DNA of 63,994 bases, counting the filler, from Stramenopiles sp. TOSAG23-6 (lineage: Eukaryota): the NCBI GenBank assembly GCA_900128565.1. It is 9 parts of 9 records of this genome, joined end to end, with 100 filler letters (N's around TTAATTAATTAA, not from the genome) between each part and the next. Parts side by side here need not be neighbours in the genome. Positions count along the whole stretch, not along the records: positions 57,856 to 63,994 come from LT636767.1; 8 more parts are not named here. One strand, written 5' to 3'. Below are positions 62,905 to 63,994 of this stretch, piece by piece; the stretch's first letter is position 1; every line of letters starts with the position of its first letter. Position numbers and translations under genes: made by a program. The notes beneath the pieces were generated by a model that was not told where the DNA came from, ran no database searches, and was given only the letters and a program-made list of their open reading frames with translations.

Positions 62905-63486
62905 TTATAATTTGGTCTTTGAAGATTTCTTTGCCTTTTTCACCTTTTTGGATTTCTTTGCTTTTTTAGAAGAGTCGGACTTATTTTTTCGTTTTCTCTT
63001 ATTGCTAGGACTAATACTTTCATTTTTTCTAGAAGACCCTCCAAGAGGACGAATACGCAAGCGCAAACCATTTACCTGAGGGACAACTTTACGATCCCAC
63101 TTTGGAACAGCTTCTTTATCTGACTGAAATACTTCCACAATGTCAAGCTGAAAAACAAAAGGTTTCCCAAGTTTTAAGTCTCCGGAACCAACTTTGCACT
63201 GAGTTGAATGGAATAAATTGAGCAATTGGACACTTTCTGTAACGTCACCAATGATGACATTGTACGTTCGATTACTAACACTGACGCTAGTCACTACAGT
63301 ACCTGGTGGGTCACTTGTGTCAAACTGAAGCTTCAGTTTCGACTCTCCGCCAAAAGCGACAGCCGCATCAAAATCCTTTGGTGCGCGGACAACCCACAAC
63401 TGCTTTACAGGAGAAGCACAAATTTCTTCGTGAGTAATGATATTTCCATCCGTTTCAACTCCGCTAAAACCAGTCGGAATTGCCAT
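62905..63486 (-). CDS. RNA polymerase I subunit RPA34-like
   Basis: KQLWVVRAPKDFD, PQVNGLRLRIRPLG, and a Lys-rich C-terminal tail. Confidence 0.65.
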   Translation of the reverse strand: MAIPTGFSGVETDGNIITHEEICASPVKQLWVVRAPKDFDAAVAFGGESKLKLQFDTSDPPGTVVTSVSVSNRTYNVIIGDVTESVQLLNLFHSTQCKVGSGDLKLGKPFVFQLDIVEVFQSDKEAVPKWDRKVVPQVNGLRLRIRPLGGSSRKNESISPSNKRKRKNKSDSSKKAKKSKKVKKAKKSSKTKL

Positions 63487-63825
63487 AATGTACTGTTTTA
63501 TTTTCAATCACTAGTAAATGTTGGGTTTTTTATTTCCCTACTTGTTGTTGTAGTAGTAGTAGTAGTAGTAGTAGTGTAGTAATAGGTAGAACGATGTGTC
63601 TTTATTACTATATTGGTTGTAGTAGTAGTAGTCGAGTAAGTAGAGGAAGACATAACTGGCTCTTTTTTTTTTTGCCCGGATTTCGTGGGTGTCCAAAAAT
63701 TAAAATTCAAAAAATTCAAAAAAATTCAAAAAAATTCAAATTTTTCAACAACATTTTAAATTTTCGCGTGCATCTTCTCCTCTCTAATCCATTCTTCAAC
63801 AGTATTATCTTTCGATTTGAAAACA

Positions 63826-63994
63826 ATGCCAATCACTCAAGCAAAGTCGAATCCTCTTGGGATACGAGTCGAGGAGGAAACAAAAGATGAACAATCAAAT
63901 GTAACTGCACCAACTGATGAAAACTCTAAAGAAGCAGATCATCATCATCCTCTGCTACAATTTGAGAAGCAGTTACCGTCACTTGAAACACCAA
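63826..63994 (+). CDS. Start of a hypothetical protein running off the window
   Basis: Open frame MPITQAKSNPLGIRVEEETKDE... to the window end. Confidence 0.45.
   Translation, partial: MPITQAKSNPLGIRVEEETKDEQSNVTAPTDENSKEADHHHPLLQFEKQLPSLETP

Noticed and set aside
1-63994. Gene cluster or operon-like system across the window; alternative genetic code
   Set aside because: The contigs are unrelated and size-sorted, and conserved exons translate cleanly in the standard code with TAA, TAG and TGA all used as stops.

Overview
AT-rich nuclear DNA from a eukaryote, probably a flagellated protist (stramenopile-like is my inference). The window is not one locus. It is nine contigs (eight of about 7.1 kb in decreasing size order, the last cut by the window end) joined by artificial N-TTAATTAATTAA-N linkers, so gene order across linkers means nothing. 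Contigs 2 and 8 are near-identical copies, and two genes are split into inverted halves, as expected from amplification or assembly chimeras. Genes include kinesin-5, WDR76, EMC2, a METTL21-like/PME-1 fusion, an amino-acid transporter, HACD, RMDN-like, JmjC, RAD9, VPS35L, an LPMO-like protein, ARM, HA-domain and PIH1 proteins, Mpv17/PMP22, PHYHD1 and RPA34-like. The main result is that every intron I could find belongs to one repetitive family of about 90-145 nt, always in gene-sense orientation: GTAYGTTTT...TTTCGTACGAAATTTTGTACCTAAC...GAAATATTTTTTCACAATAC-NN. I placed 39 complete, non-duplicated introns by hand using reading-frame restoration. Their 3' ends are AT in 29, TT in 4, AG in only 2, and AC, GT, GG, TG in 1 each; three donors are GC, GA or AT. 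The last two exon bases often repeat the last two intron bases (24 of 39), like a 2-bp target-site duplication. This points to an introner-like family spliced almost entirely without the 3' AG rule. Boundaries are inferred from DNA only and need RNA confirmation.
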